The position numbers and the translations under genes were made by a program. From Planctomycetota bacterium (GTDB lineage Bacteria; Planctomycetota; UBA8108; SXIK01): DNA of 64,000 nucleotides. A model generated the notes under the pieces. It saw only the letters and a list, made by a program, of their open reading frames with translations. It made no database searches and was not told where the DNA came from. Location of the stretch: NCBI GenBank assembly GCA_965223845.1, contig CBDCXR010000004.1:3840001-3904000 (forward strand). The letters run 5' to 3'. This document shows, piece by piece, positions 32,266 to 42,114 of this stretch. Each line of letters begins with the position of its first letter. Within the stretch, counting starts at the first letter, position 1.

Positions 32266-33258
32266 TTAGAGGTTCCGGAATCGGAACTCCGTCGAAACGT
32301 TCGCTTCCTCGCTCGCGCCATAGACCTCGACGTACGGGTACACGAAGAAGTTGATCGGGTCGCCGCTTTGTCGCGGCTCGAGCTCGAGGTCGCGCCCGCG
32401 CGAGAACGCGACGCGATTCTCGCAGAGCGTGCCGAAAAAATAGTCGGCACGGGTCGGGTCCTTGTCCGCCTCGGAGACGTCGACCGGTCGCCAGTCGCCG
32501 TTCTCCTCGGCGTACCAAGCCCAGCAGTGGTATCCGCCGACGGTGCCGGCGTCGGTCGGCGGAATCGGGAATCCGATCTCGAACACTGCGGGGATCTCGC
32601 GCGCCCGTGCCATCCCGATGAAGAGCGAGTGGAAGTCGGAGCAGTTCCCCTTTCCGACTTCACAGGCGCGGCGGATGTCGCCCCGCCCCCAACCGGCTAC
32701 GGTCTTGTCGTAGTCGACGTCGGCGAGAACGCGTCGATAGATTCCCTCCGCCGCCTGCACGGTGGATCCCGCACCGGACGTCGCTTCACCGGCTCGACGC
32801 CGCACCTCCGCGGTGATCGGCGCCAATCGATTGGAGCCGAGTATGGCGGTCGCGTTCACCGGCACCTCGGCCGCCGCGATGCGGGTGGCCTCTCGCCGAT
32901 ACACGTCGAACGTGAGCGACACGGGAATCTCCCGCGGAAGCGGCCCGTCGGCCGCCTTTGCGTCGAGGTACACGAGCGCGTTGCCGTACTTCGCTTCCCG
33001 CGTACGCCGGAGCGGCAGAGTCGACTCGATGTGGAGATTCCGAATCTCCTGCGTCGCATCGTCTTGCGGGACCGGCACCCAGATGCGGACCTCCTCGGCA
33101 CCCGGAGGGACCGTCACCGTCGCCGAATACTCGAAGGCGAACGCCCGCGACTTGCCGGAAGCCGGGCCCGTTTCGGCGTGCTGGCACGACGAGGAGACCA
33201 TCACAGAGACGACAGCGACGAGAGGACCCGCGCCGCGCGCGGAATCGATCGACATCAT
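32266..33258 (-). CDS. Transglutaminase-like cysteine enzyme, probable lipoprotein
   Basis: GNCSDFH (Cys), YHCWAWY (His), PVDVSE (Asp) triad; possible lipobox SSSC. Start is ATG 33258 or 33255. Confidence 0.88.
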   Translation of the reverse strand: MMSIDSARGAGPLVAVVSVMVSSSCQHAETGPASGKSRAFAFEYSATVTVPPGAEEVRIWVPVPQDDATQEIRNLHIESTLPLRRTREAKYGNALVYLDAKAADGPLPREIPVSLTFDVYRREATRIAAAEVPVNATAILGSNRLAPITAEVRRRAGEATSGAGSTVQAAEGIYRRVLADVDYDKTVAGWGRGDIRRACEVGKGNCSDFHSLFIGMARAREIPAVFEIGFPIPPTDAGTVGGYHCWAWYAEENGDWRPVDVSEADKDPTRADYFFGTLCENRVAFSRGRDLELEPRQSGDPINFFVYPYVEVYGASEEANVSTEFRFRNL

Positions 33259-33350
33259 GAGCAAACTTCCTGCTGGGGAGACCACCGGAACCCGAACCGC
33301 TCGACCTTGCCCGCTGTTTGTACTGCCCCCCGCGATTCCATCCCAAGGGA

Positions 33351-33391
33351 TTCTATCGATAGAAACTTTATGTCTGATAGAATCCTTCTAT
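33351..33391. promoter_or_regulatory. LysR-type operator region with overlapping -10 box
   Basis: Palindrome TTCTATCGATAGAA 33351-33364; ATAG-N7-CTAT (T-N11-A) 33377-33391; TAGAAT 33378-33383, 6 nt before the LysR ATG. Confidence 0.7.
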
Positions 33392-34409
33392 GACTCGACC
33401 CCGCCGCCGAAAGCCGGACGCGTCCGCGGCATCGAAACGGGATTCTCCGAGTCCGCGGAGGACTCCACCGCCCCTCTCGCCGTCGCACGGAGGCGCTCGA
33501 GCATCGCGCGAGATCGAGTTTCGTGAGCTCGAAGCGTTCGTCCGCATCGCCGAGACGGGCTCGTTCACCCGCGCGGCGAGCGAGCTTCTCCTCACTCAGC
33601 CGACGATCAGCGCCCGCATCCGAGCTCTCGAGCTCAGCCTGGGCACGGCCGTCTTCGAGCGCTCGCGTCGCGGCGTGGCATTGAGCCCCGCCGGGAGCGT
33701 CTTTCTTCCGGAAGCGAGACGCCTCCTCCGGCAGCGCAAGCGCGCGACGGCGAGCGTAGACCGCTTTCTCGGTCTCGAGTCGGCCGAGGTCGACATCGCC
33801 GCCTCGTCCGTCCCGGGCTCCTATCTTCTACCCGGCGTCCTCGCGGAATTTCGCCGACTGCATCCGGGAGTCCGAGTGCGAGTTCGGCTCGGCGATACGC
33901 GTGAGGCTCGGCGCCTCGTCGTGCTCGGCGAAGCCGAGTTCGCGGTGGTCGGCCGCAAGACGGTCGATCCGCGCCTTCGACAGCGCATCGTCGCCGAGGA
34001 CGACGTAGTGCTCGTGTGCACGGCCGAGACCGCGCGTCGGTTCGAGCTCGGCGGAAGGAGGAGGCCGACGCCCGCGCGCCTCGCCGCCCTGCCGCTCGTC
34101 CTTCGGGAGGAAGGCTCCGCGACGCGAGCTGCGGGCCTCGACGCGCTGAGCGAGCGAGGCCTCGACGTGGACGCGCTCTCGATCGTTCTCGAGCTCGGCG
34201 CAAACTCGGCGGTACTCGAGTCCGTCCTCGCCGATTCGGGCGCGGCGTTTCTCTCCCGTCTCGTCGTTCGGAGCCACCTCGCGCGCGCCGAGCTCGTCGA
34301 GATACCGCTTCGATCAGCGAAGCTCCAGCGCCCTCTCGTTCTCGTCTCACGTCGGGCGGCGACGCTGTCTCCGGCAGCCGATACGATCGTGCGCATGCTC
34401 GAGCCTTAG
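33390..34409 (+). CDS. LysR family regulator (CysL / selenium-metabolism-associated-like)
   Basis: HTH ETGSFTRAASELLLTQPTISARIRALE; AASSVPGSYLLP and LREEGSATR motifs; divergent from the transglutaminase gene. Confidence 0.9.
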   Translation: MTRPRRRKPDASAASKRDSPSPRRTPPPLSPSHGGARASREIEFRELEAFVRIAETGSFTRAASELLLTQPTISARIRALELSLGTAVFERSRRGVALSPAGSVFLPEARRLLRQRKRATASVDRFLGLESAEVDIAASSVPGSYLLPGVLAEFRRLHPGVRVRVRLGDTREARRLVVLGEAEFAVVGRKTVDPRLRQRIVAEDDVVLVCTAETARRFELGGRRRPTPARLAALPLVLREEGSATRAAGLDALSERGLDVDALSIVLELGANSAVLESVLADSGAAFLSRLVVRSHLARAELVEIPLRSAKLQRPLVLVSRRAATLSPAADTIVRMLEP

Positions 34410-34637
34410 CCGCGAAGATCCTCTTCGGCCGAAAGGATCGCTCGCCGGTCGTCGAATCGACGCAGCGCGAAAAACGAGTTTCGACCGTTGTTAGCCGGAA
34501 GCCCGGCGCCGGAGTCGGAGCGACGCGAGCGCGTCGTCCGTGCGAATCTTCGCGCTCGGCCCGGTCTTCGACGGGTAGAATCGGTTCTTTCGGTAGCAGT
34601 CCATTGCTTCTCCCCGCGTAGTTTCGGAGGCCAAACG

Positions 34638-35321
34638 ATGAAGCGTCCCATCGCGACGACGCTCGCCGTCTTCGTCTTGGGGATCGCCGTCGGTCGATTC
34701 GTGCTCGACGACGAGTCTCCAGTGTGGGCCGGTGTCGACGACCTCCCGCAGGATTGTGTTCCCGGGGACTCGAACGGCGACGGCCGTTTCAACGTCGCCG
34801 ATCCGATCTACTCGCTCCAATTCCTCTTCGGTGACGGTGCTCCGCCGATCTCCTGCGACGCCACGGTCGCGTTCATCGTCCGCCACGGCGAACGAGACGG
34901 CCTCGAGCTGAACGAAGAAGGTCACGCCCGCGCCGCACACCTCGCCGAGCTGTTTGAGAGCTTTCACCTGGACGCGCTCATCGCGAGCGACAAAGTGCGG
35001 ACGCAACAGACCCTCGACCCGCTCCTCGCTGCGAAGCCGAACCTCGGCGAGCTGATCATCACCGATGACACCGGAGCGGCAGCGGCTGAAGCCCTCCGCG
35101 CGCTTCCCGTCGGAAGCCGGGTCGTCGTCGCGCATCACAGCTACACGATCGGAAGGATCCTGAAGGACCTCGGGGCGGTGGAGGACTCGTTCTCGGTCCC
35201 GACGAACCAGTACGATAACGTTTGGGTCGTCAGCTTCCGTCCCGGACGCGACGCGGAGTCGGTGAAGCTCCGCTATTGCGTCGCTCCCGATTGTCCAGTC
35301 GTTGAGCCGCCGCCTCAGTAG
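34638..35321 (+). CDS. Exported protein with dockerin-like EF-hand motif plus histidine phosphatase domain
   Basis: GGAGG RBS, signal peptide; GDSNGDGRFNVADPIYSLQFLFGDG; RHGE...LNEEGHARA...RTQQT...AHHS. Confidence 0.85.
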   Translation: MKRPIATTLAVFVLGIAVGRFVLDDESPVWAGVDDLPQDCVPGDSNGDGRFNVADPIYSLQFLFGDGAPPISCDATVAFIVRHGERDGLELNEEGHARAAHLAELFESFHLDALIASDKVRTQQTLDPLLAAKPNLGELIITDDTGAAAAEALRALPVGSRVVVAHHSYTIGRILKDLGAVEDSFSVPTNQYDNVWVVSFRPGRDAESVKLRYCVAPDCPVVEPPPQ

Positions 35322-35733
35322 AACCCGGCGCAGGCTCGGCGCTCCTTAGGGGCTTAGCGGACGCTCGTCCGCAGGCCGGCGATCCGGCTCGCTCCACGTC
35401 GACGCGAGCGCCATCGCGAACCCGGCCGTGGTTATCAGCCGCGGCGTCGCGAGCGGATTGCCCATGGGGAATCCCGCGGTATTCTTCTCTACCTTCCCAT
35501 CGCGGGAATCCATCGATTCGACACGGTCCGCGCGACCACGCCGGTGATGTGTCGAGTCGAGGTTGTGGGTGTCGACCGCGTTGTCGACTCGCCGCGGTCG
35601 ACGGAGCTGAGCCGGTGTATTGGCCAGCTGCTGCGCGTTTCCGTCGCGCGGGCGCCCGAAGTACGACCCTTCGAAACCGCCTTCAAGCGGACGCACTCTC
35701 AGCACCACTTGCCACGAAGATCCGAGGGCGGGA

Positions 35734-38244
35734 ATGGATACGACGACAGAACTAGGCGGCAGTCGGTTCACGCTCGACCGGCTCCGCGCCGTGCTCAGCA
35801 GCCTCAACCGGCTCAAGACCTCGCTCACGTTTCACGTGACCGATGGAAAGAGCGAGCGCGTCTTTTACTTCGTGAACGGGGGAATCCGGGTTCTCTCGAC
35901 CGGCCCGCACAAAGGACCGGGACTCTGCGAGATTCTCCTCGCGTCCGGGGCGACGGACGTCGACTCGCTTCACTCAGCCATCGAGGACGCGAAAACGGAG
36001 CGCGAAGATCTGCGCCGAATCCTTGCGCGAAAGAAACTCGTCGATAAGGACACCTGCGAGAAGATCGTCCAGTCGATCGTCCGCGACTCGCTCTACGAGA
36101 TGGTGTTCTGGAACAACGCCTTCTGCATCTCGCACAGCCACAAGCCGCCGGCGGAGCTGTTTCAATCAGAGCGAGGTGGGATCCAGGCGACGATCGACGG
36201 CGCGCAGCTGGCGCGCGACACTCTGCGGTGGCTCAAGGAGTGGAAAGAGTTGCGTGCGACTCTTCACTCGGAACTGTCGACCATCTGCGTGAACTACAAC
36301 GGGCGGAAAGCGAGCGGAGCCGAACCCTCGGACGTGAAGCGGCTGCTCGAGTTTTGCAGCGAGCCGATCAGCATTCGCGACCTATGGATGAGCTCGGCCC
36401 TCCCGCTCAACGACGTCTGCCACGGCGCGAGCTATCTCGTCGAAAAGAAAATGGCGGAGCTGACGCCCGTACCGTCTTCGACGCGGCTTCCCGTCGCGGA
36501 AGAGATCGAGGTGCTCGAAGCGAGTGTTCGCACGCTCATCGCGAAAGACCTCGCGCGCGAACGGCTCGCCTACCTCTACCGAAAGAACAATCAGCCGGAG
36601 AAAGCCGCCGAGCAGCTCGAGTTCCTCGGCGATGCCCTCCTTCGCGATGACGTGAACGAAACGGAGCGCGCGGCGCAGCACTTCAAGGACGCGCTCTCCG
36701 TCTCACCGAATCGCGCGAGCGTGTTTGAGAAGCTGATCGCGATCATCCACGAATCGGGTGACACCCGCGAGCTGCGCGCGATCGTCCTCAAGCACCTTCA
36801 GCGCCTCATCCGCACCCAGGAGTTCGAGATCGCCGAGAAATGCGGCGACGTCCTCGAGCGTGTCTGCGGCCTCAGCATGGAGGCGATCGAGTACCGCGCA
36901 AATCTCCTCGCCGCCCGGGACAAGACAAGGGAAGCGTCGGCGGAGTTCCTTCGCCTCGCGAAGATGTGCGACGATCAAGGGCGGTCCGATCAGTCGACGT
37001 ACTACCTGAAGCAGGCGCTCGGTCAGGACCAGAAGGCGCAACGCGCAAAGGAGAGGGAGCGCGAGCAGCCGGAGCGCAAGAAGGGGAAGCGACCGAAGAA
37101 GCGAGTCAAGAAGAAGGTGAGCACGACTCCGGGGGCCGGAACGTCGGAGCCTAGCTCGGAGTCCCGGACGTCGGGCCAGCGAGGCGGCGCCCTCCGCGCG
37201 GTCGCGGCGATCCTAGTTCTGGCGGGGATCGGAGCCGGGCTCTACTACGCCGGGCTTCTCGACCGCTGGCTGAAGCCAGGAATTACCGAGGCGGAGAGCA
37301 AGCACCCGCCGTCGACAACGTCCTCTTTCGTCGCAGCGTCAGGATCATCGACCGGCACAGCTCCCCAGACGCCGGAAGCTGGTTCGGGAACGATCACGGC
37401 GCGGCCGTCGGGGGGAGTCGCTCCGGCAGACGTCGCTCCGCTCGTCACTGAGACGGTCGGCAGCGGAACCATCGATCGCGGCCCGGATCCGGGCTCTGAG
37501 TCGAGCCTCGGCGGCCCCGAGGTCGACTCCTCAAACGGACGCCCGCTGACACTCGACACCGAATCGCCACTCGTCTCGAGCGCCGATCCAGTTCCGCGCG
37601 ACTCGGCGAGCGCTTACGTCGGCGAAACCGCGTCGGACTCCTCCGGCTCGCTCGATGCCGGCACCGATGCGTCCCGCGATCGAGACCATCCGGACGACTC
37701 GAGCCAAGTAGCGTCCGCCGAGACCAGTGACTCGCCGTGTCACGACATCGCGAACTACCGCTCACGCCCCCTCACGTCCACCCTCGCCGCGACCTACGCC
37801 GACGGCTGCACCGCCTACATCCAAAACTCGACCGGAGAAATCGTCGCGGAGTTTGGCGGCGAGCCGAACACTCTCTGGGCCTTCGGATTCCGCGGACGGG
37901 CGGCGTGCCGGTGGAAGCCCGGCGGCGAAGTCCGCGTGTTCTCGATCACGGCCCCCGCCGGATCCGACGTCGGTTGGCGCGTTCCACGCGAGACGGAGAG
38001 TCTCGCCATCGGTCCCGATCGCATCCTCATTCGCGAGGGCGACCTCACGGCTCTGTTCGCGCTCGACGGATCACCGATCGCGAGCCGAACGCTTTCGGAG
38101 TGGGACGAAGGTTACTTCGTGCGAGGTACGATCGTTCTCACTCGGCACGCCGAGAACGACACCTCGGTGTGGGTCGTCGACGCGAAGACGCTGACGCCGA
38201 TCTGGCAGGCTCACGAAGATCGCGGCGACATCGTCGTCCGATGA
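35734..38244 (+). CDS. Multidomain membrane protein: DUF4388/PATAN-like + TPR + TM + low-complexity linker + beta-rich C-terminal domain
   Basis: N-terminal LTFHVTDGKSERVFYFVNGGI...LCEILL...LYEMVFW; TPR helices; Lys-rich stretch; TM VAAILVLAGIGAGLYY. Confidence 0.72.
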   Translation: MDTTTELGGSRFTLDRLRAVLSSLNRLKTSLTFHVTDGKSERVFYFVNGGIRVLSTGPHKGPGLCEILLASGATDVDSLHSAIEDAKTEREDLRRILARKKLVDKDTCEKIVQSIVRDSLYEMVFWNNAFCISHSHKPPAELFQSERGGIQATIDGAQLARDTLRWLKEWKELRATLHSELSTICVNYNGRKASGAEPSDVKRLLEFCSEPISIRDLWMSSALPLNDVCHGASYLVEKKMAELTPVPSSTRLPVAEEIEVLEASVRTLIAKDLARERLAYLYRKNNQPEKAAEQLEFLGDALLRDDVNETERAAQHFKDALSVSPNRASVFEKLIAIIHESGDTRELRAIVLKHLQRLIRTQEFEIAEKCGDVLERVCGLSMEAIEYRANLLAARDKTREASAEFLRLAKMCDDQGRSDQSTYYLKQALGQDQKAQRAKEREREQPERKKGKRPKKRVKKKVSTTPGAGTSEPSSESRTSGQRGGALRAVAAILVLAGIGAGLYYAGLLDRWLKPGITEAESKHPPSTTSSFVAASGSSTGTAPQTPEAGSGTITARPSGGVAPADVAPLVTETVGSGTIDRGPDPGSESSLGGPEVDSSNGRPLTLDTESPLVSSADPVPRDSASAYVGETASDSSGSLDAGTDASRDRDHPDDSSQVASAETSDSPCHDIANYRSRPLTSTLAATYADGCTAYIQNSTGEIVAEFGGEPNTLWAFGFRGRAACRWKPGGEVRVFSITAPAGSDVGWRVPRETESLAIGPDRILIREGDLTALFALDGSPIASRTLSEWDEGYFVRGTIVLTRHAENDTSVWVVDAKTLTPIWQAHEDRGDIVVR

Positions 38245-38318
38245 CTCACTGAGAGTCGAAGCGGCGACGCGCGATCGATCGATGGCGCGCGGATCGTTCT
38301 CGCGCCCACACGAAAACC

Positions 38319-39167
38319 TCAGTCCGCCACTTCGCGCACCCTCGCCCCCGCGGCCCACCGGCGGGGACGAACGATGAGGACGGGAATCGGACACTCGACG
38401 GCGAGAAGCTCCGCGATGTTCGCCGACAACGGTCCGCCCGCTTCCTTGACCGCGAGGTGTTGGCCGAGGACGAGGAGATCGTGACCACCGCGGCGACACT
38501 CCGCCAGGATCTCCCGGACGACCATGCCGCGGCGGATGACGACCTCGGGCTTGTCCCCGCCGCGATCGAGGTCCGCAAGAACGGGGGTTACGTCGGGGAT
38601 CTCTACTGCATCCCGCCGCTCCGGCTCCGCCGCTCCACCGGCGGCGGGAAGCGAGACGCTCGAACGAACGTGAAGCAGAGTGAGCTTCGCGCTCAGCGCG
38701 CGCGCTATCTCATGCGCGCTGAGGAGAGTAGTCTCGCTCATCGGACCTCCACTTACCGTCACGAGCACGCGACGGATGTGGTCGGAAGCCGGACGACGCG
38801 CGACCGCGACCGTCGACGGCGATTGCTGGACGACCGAACGAACGCGCGAGCCGCGGAAGATGCGGGAGATTCCGCGCCGACCGGCGGGCGGAAAGATCGA
38901 GACGGCGGGAGATGACTCGAGCGCCTCGGCGACGATGGCTTCGCGGGCTGACCCCGGCCGCACCTTGAGGGTCACCTCCCCCCCGGCCGCCTCGGCCAGT
39001 TCGGCCTTCGCCCGCTCCAGCAGCTCGGGGTCGCGGCGAACATTGCGTTCCGTCGTGAGCAGGATCGTGTCGGCACGGAGCGCCGCCGCGAGCTCCTTCG
39101 TCAAGGAGAGGGCCCACCGGCCCCGCGACTTCACATCGAGAAACGTCAGGATCTTGAGTCCGCGCAC
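38319..39167 (-). CDS. Tandem universal stress protein (USP)
   Basis: Two USP domains: GSRVRSVVQQSPSTVAVAR and HDLLVLG...IAELLAVECPIPVLIVRP; GAGG RBS before GTG 39167. Confidence 0.85.
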   Translation of the reverse strand: MRGLKILTFLDVKSRGRWALSLTKELAAALRADTILLTTERNVRRDPELLERAKAELAEAAGGEVTLKVRPGSAREAIVAEALESSPAVSIFPPAGRRGISRIFRGSRVRSVVQQSPSTVAVARRPASDHIRRVLVTVSGGPMSETTLLSAHEIARALSAKLTLLHVRSSVSLPAAGGAAEPERRDAVEIPDVTPVLADLDRGGDKPEVVIRRGMVVREILAECRRGGHDLLVLGQHLAVKEAGGPLSANIAELLAVECPIPVLIVRPRRWAAGARVREVAD

Positions 39168-39384
39168 GACAACCTCTACAGAGAATCTTTCGCCACTCGC
39201 CCCGGAAGACGCCAGCGAGCGCCGGCGACAGCGGCGTTCACTCGCGCAGCCCCCGCCGCCGCCGAGGACCCGCGTCGGTTCCCAGCCCCGACCCTGCGCA
39301 CACGCAGCACCGAACATCGCGCCCGCTCGGCGAAGGGCACGCCGTCGGCAACCTCAGGGCTCCAATGGCAAAGATAGGGCTTCC

Positions 39385-40434
39385 TCATCGTACAAACAAT
39401 AATACGAGCGGGATGAGAAACACGACGACCACGAACGCCGCGACGCGCGACCGACGCTGGCTGATCGCCGTCGCCGCTCCGTCGAGCGCCCGCTCGTAGT
39501 GCCGGTAGAGTCCGAAGAAAACGATCGGCAGCGTGATCAGCGTCACGACCAGTGAGGCGGTGAGAACGATCGGAAACGCGGCCGCGTGGTCGACGACGAG
39601 GCTGAACAGAAGCGTGTCGACAAAGGTGGTGACATTGGCGCCGAGAATATACGGAATCAGATTCTCGCGGCGCACCACCCCGCGGACCGTGAGCGGAACG
39701 AGAAGCGTGAGCGAGACCGATACCGACAAGGTGAGGCAGGTGACGAGCATGCCGAAGAGGAGCCCGATCGACGGACGAAAGATCGTGTTCGCCATTTGGC
39801 CGAGTCGGCCTCCGAGCGGATCGACCTCGGGCAGAGTCTTATCGAACAGCTTGAACGAGGCGACCATCGTCGCGACTCCGAGGACGGCGACGAATGCGAT
39901 CGGCACCCCGATCGCCGCGCACGCCTCGCCGACCCCGTCGGCGAGGGGCCGAAACGCGACGTCGACGATCGACACCATCACGCCCGGTGACTCGAGACGC
40001 ACTCCGCCGAGCAAGTCCGAGCGGACGAGCCAATAGCCCACCCCGAGCGCAGGCAGGTAGACGCTCGCCGTCGTAAGAAACGCGAGGATCCCGACGTAGA
40101 CACCGCCCCGGCGCGAATCCGAGCGCAGGTCGTAGATGAAGCCGACGACGAGCACGACGAACGAAGCACCGAGTCGCGAGCCGACGATCATCGCGAAACA
40201 ATCCTCGACGCCGATCGTTCCGCTCGCGAGGAGGGCGAGCGCGATCGCGGCGACGGGCGAGCCGCTCAAGATCACACAGGCGAGCAACCAGCCGAATCCG
40301 AAACAAGAGAGCGGACCGTTCGCGATCCACGCGCTCGCTGCTCCCTCAAGCGGAGCCGCTCCCAGCTTGATCAACTCGAGCGAGAAGATGAAGAGGTAGA
40401 GGCAGACCAGAAAGTAGAGGGCTCGCCGGATCAT
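39385..40434 (-). CDS. Na/Pi cotransporter family protein lacking PhoU domains
   Basis: Two re-entrant repeats (ILSGSPVA..GSRLGAS and LTLSVSVS..YILGANVTTFVDT); about 9 TM helices. Confidence 0.78.
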   Translation of the reverse strand: MIRRALYFLVCLYLFIFSLELIKLGAAPLEGAASAWIANGPLSCFGFGWLLACVILSGSPVAAIALALLASGTIGVEDCFAMIVGSRLGASFVVLVVGFIYDLRSDSRRGGVYVGILAFLTTASVYLPALGVGYWLVRSDLLGGVRLESPGVMVSIVDVAFRPLADGVGEACAAIGVPIAFVAVLGVATMVASFKLFDKTLPEVDPLGGRLGQMANTIFRPSIGLLFGMLVTCLTLSVSVSLTLLVPLTVRGVVRRENLIPYILGANVTTFVDTLLFSLVVDHAAAFPIVLTASLVVTLITLPIVFFGLYRHYERALDGAATAISQRRSRVAAFVVVVFLIPLVLLFVR

Positions 40435-40499
40435 TCAGCAGTCGGGAGCAATCGGGGCGGTCAGGGAATGCTCGTCGCGTCGGAGGGCGTCGCGACGGG

Positions 40500-41375
40500 C
40501 TACGTCCCGACGGTCTCCGCACCCAGATCGAACACCTCGGCGGCATCGAGCGCTTGATCGTTCGATTCGAAGAGCCGCGCGACGGCGGCCTTGTGGATCT
40601 TCATCTTCTTTCCACCGACTCCGATCGCTCCATAAGCGAGGACGCCGTCGCGATCCGCCCCTGCGTCCATGGAGTCGACTCCCTCGATCCCGACGGGCGG
40701 TACGGCGTTGAGATCGATCGCGACACGCAGATCGGCGGCGGCGCGACGCGTCGCGAGCGGCAGCAACTCGACGCCCGCGCCACCCGCCGCGACGACGAGC
40801 TGCGCGCCGTCGAGAGCCTCGGCGAACTCCGCACTTCCCGCCGGTGCGATCGGCTCGACCGCCGCGCCGGGAAGGGCGTCGCGCACGGCCGACGCGACGT
40901 CGTCGGCCCGCTCGAGGCGACGAGATCCAGCGCGCACCCGCGCCCCGGCGCGCGCGAGCAAGAGCGAAACCCGCCGGCCGACCGGGCCGGTCGCTCCGAG
41001 AACGACCGCGGTCGTCTCGGCGAGATCGAGATGCGCGTGCGCCGCGAGCACCGCCGCCGCGGCGGTCGTGTTCGCCCCACCGCAGTCGAGGAGGAGAGAA
41101 ACCCGAAGCGGGCCGAAAAACGCCTTTTTCGCCTCGCGAAAGAGCTCTTCTCCGCGCGCGACATCGCTTCCGCCGATGAAGATCGCGGTCGACTTCAGGT
41201 CCTTCGGGCCGCGGGTAAAGATCGCCCCGTGGACGAGATCCCGAACGTCAGCCGGAGTGACCCCGCCGTAGCTGAAGAGCTCGTCGACACCGGCGTCGAC
41301 CGCGACGACGCGGTCGAAGACGCTCGGATGGGCATCCGAATCGAGCTGAATGAGAATGCGCTTCTTCTCGGCCAC
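40500..41375 (-). CDS. mtdC: Methylene-H4MPT/H4F dehydrogenase (MtdA/MtdC family; MtdC in planctomycetes)
   Basis: HPSVFDRVVAVDAG, VHGAIFTRG, TAIFIGG, GANTTAAAAV, GATGPVG, DLNAVPPVGIEG, YGAIGVGG. Confidence 0.9.
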   Translation of the reverse strand: MAEKKRILIQLDSDAHPSVFDRVVAVDAGVDELFSYGGVTPADVRDLVHGAIFTRGPKDLKSTAIFIGGSDVARGEELFREAKKAFFGPLRVSLLLDCGGANTTAAAAVLAAHAHLDLAETTAVVLGATGPVGRRVSLLLARAGARVRAGSRRLERADDVASAVRDALPGAAVEPIAPAGSAEFAEALDGAQLVVAAGGAGVELLPLATRRAAADLRVAIDLNAVPPVGIEGVDSMDAGADRDGVLAYGAIGVGGKKMKIHKAAVARLFESNDQALDAAEVFDLGAETVGT

Positions 41376-41556
41376 GCAACGCCTCCGGGCAGACGCGATC
41401 CAACGGGCATGCGCGATCGGAACGAGAGCCGAAGCGCGTTCGATTTACGCAAGTCGATCCGGACATCGCGGCGCGGAGACACCGCACCGCTGGCTCGCGG
41501 AGCAAGAGCGCACACGATCGAGGACGGCGCGCACTCGACCGCGAACGTCTAGAGCC

Positions 41557-41599
41557 CGGGAACGGGCGACGCGACTGGTCGCCGCGGCGCCCGTTCCCG
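41557..41599 (-). terminator. Strong hairpin just 3' of fae (stabiliser or attenuator)
   Basis: 12-bp perfect arms CGGGAACGGGCG/CGCCCGTTCCCG; no clear U-tract. Confidence 0.5.
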
Positions 41600-41616
41600 C
41601 ACGACGTTCGGCGGAT

Positions 41617-42114
41617 TTAGCAGCCGCGGAACGGGTGATTCGCGCTCGCGCGTCCGGAGAGCATCGCGTCGGCCGACGGATCGCTCTTCATCGCGCGGGC
41701 GATCGAGAGCTTCGTCGCCTCGTAGTTGTAATCGTGGATCTTCTTGTCGTCTTCGGCTTCCCAGTGGATAAACACGCCACAGACGATGACGAGATCTTCG
41801 CACTGATCCTTCGGGATGATGCCCTCTTGCACCGCGTCGGAGACCGCCTCGGCGACCGCCGCCTGAGCCGGACCGAACATTTGAACGGCCTGCTTGGCGC
41901 CCTTGATCGTCACCTTCGTGATGAGCACCGTAGAGGGCTTCACCGCGAGGTTCGGTTCGAGGACGGCGAGAAGATTCGAATGCCCTTGGCGCTGGGACGC
42001 GAGTGCGTTCGCGAACGCGACGCCGACGGGTCCGTCCTTCGAGCCGATCAACAGATCGATGTGTGCGACCTCGTTCCCGTCGCCGACCAACGCTTCTCCG
42101 ATGTACATCGACAT
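41617..42114 (-). CDS. fae: Formaldehyde-activating enzyme
   Basis: [63 protein letters not shown]; GGAGG RBS. Confidence 0.97.
   Translation of the reverse strand: MSMYIGEALVGDGNEVAHIDLLIGSKDGPVGVAFANALASQRQGHSNLLAVLEPNLAVKPSTVLITKVTIKGAKQAVQMFGPAQAAVAEAVSDAVQEGIIPKDQCEDLVIVCGVFIHWEAEDDKKIHDYNYEATKLSIARAMKSDPSADAMLSGRASANHPFRGC

Noticed and set aside
33255-33341. 28-codon uORF or selenocysteine read-through in front of the transglutaminase gene
   Set aside because: Its TGA is out of frame with the gene, there is no recognisable SECIS, and the gene has its own RBS.
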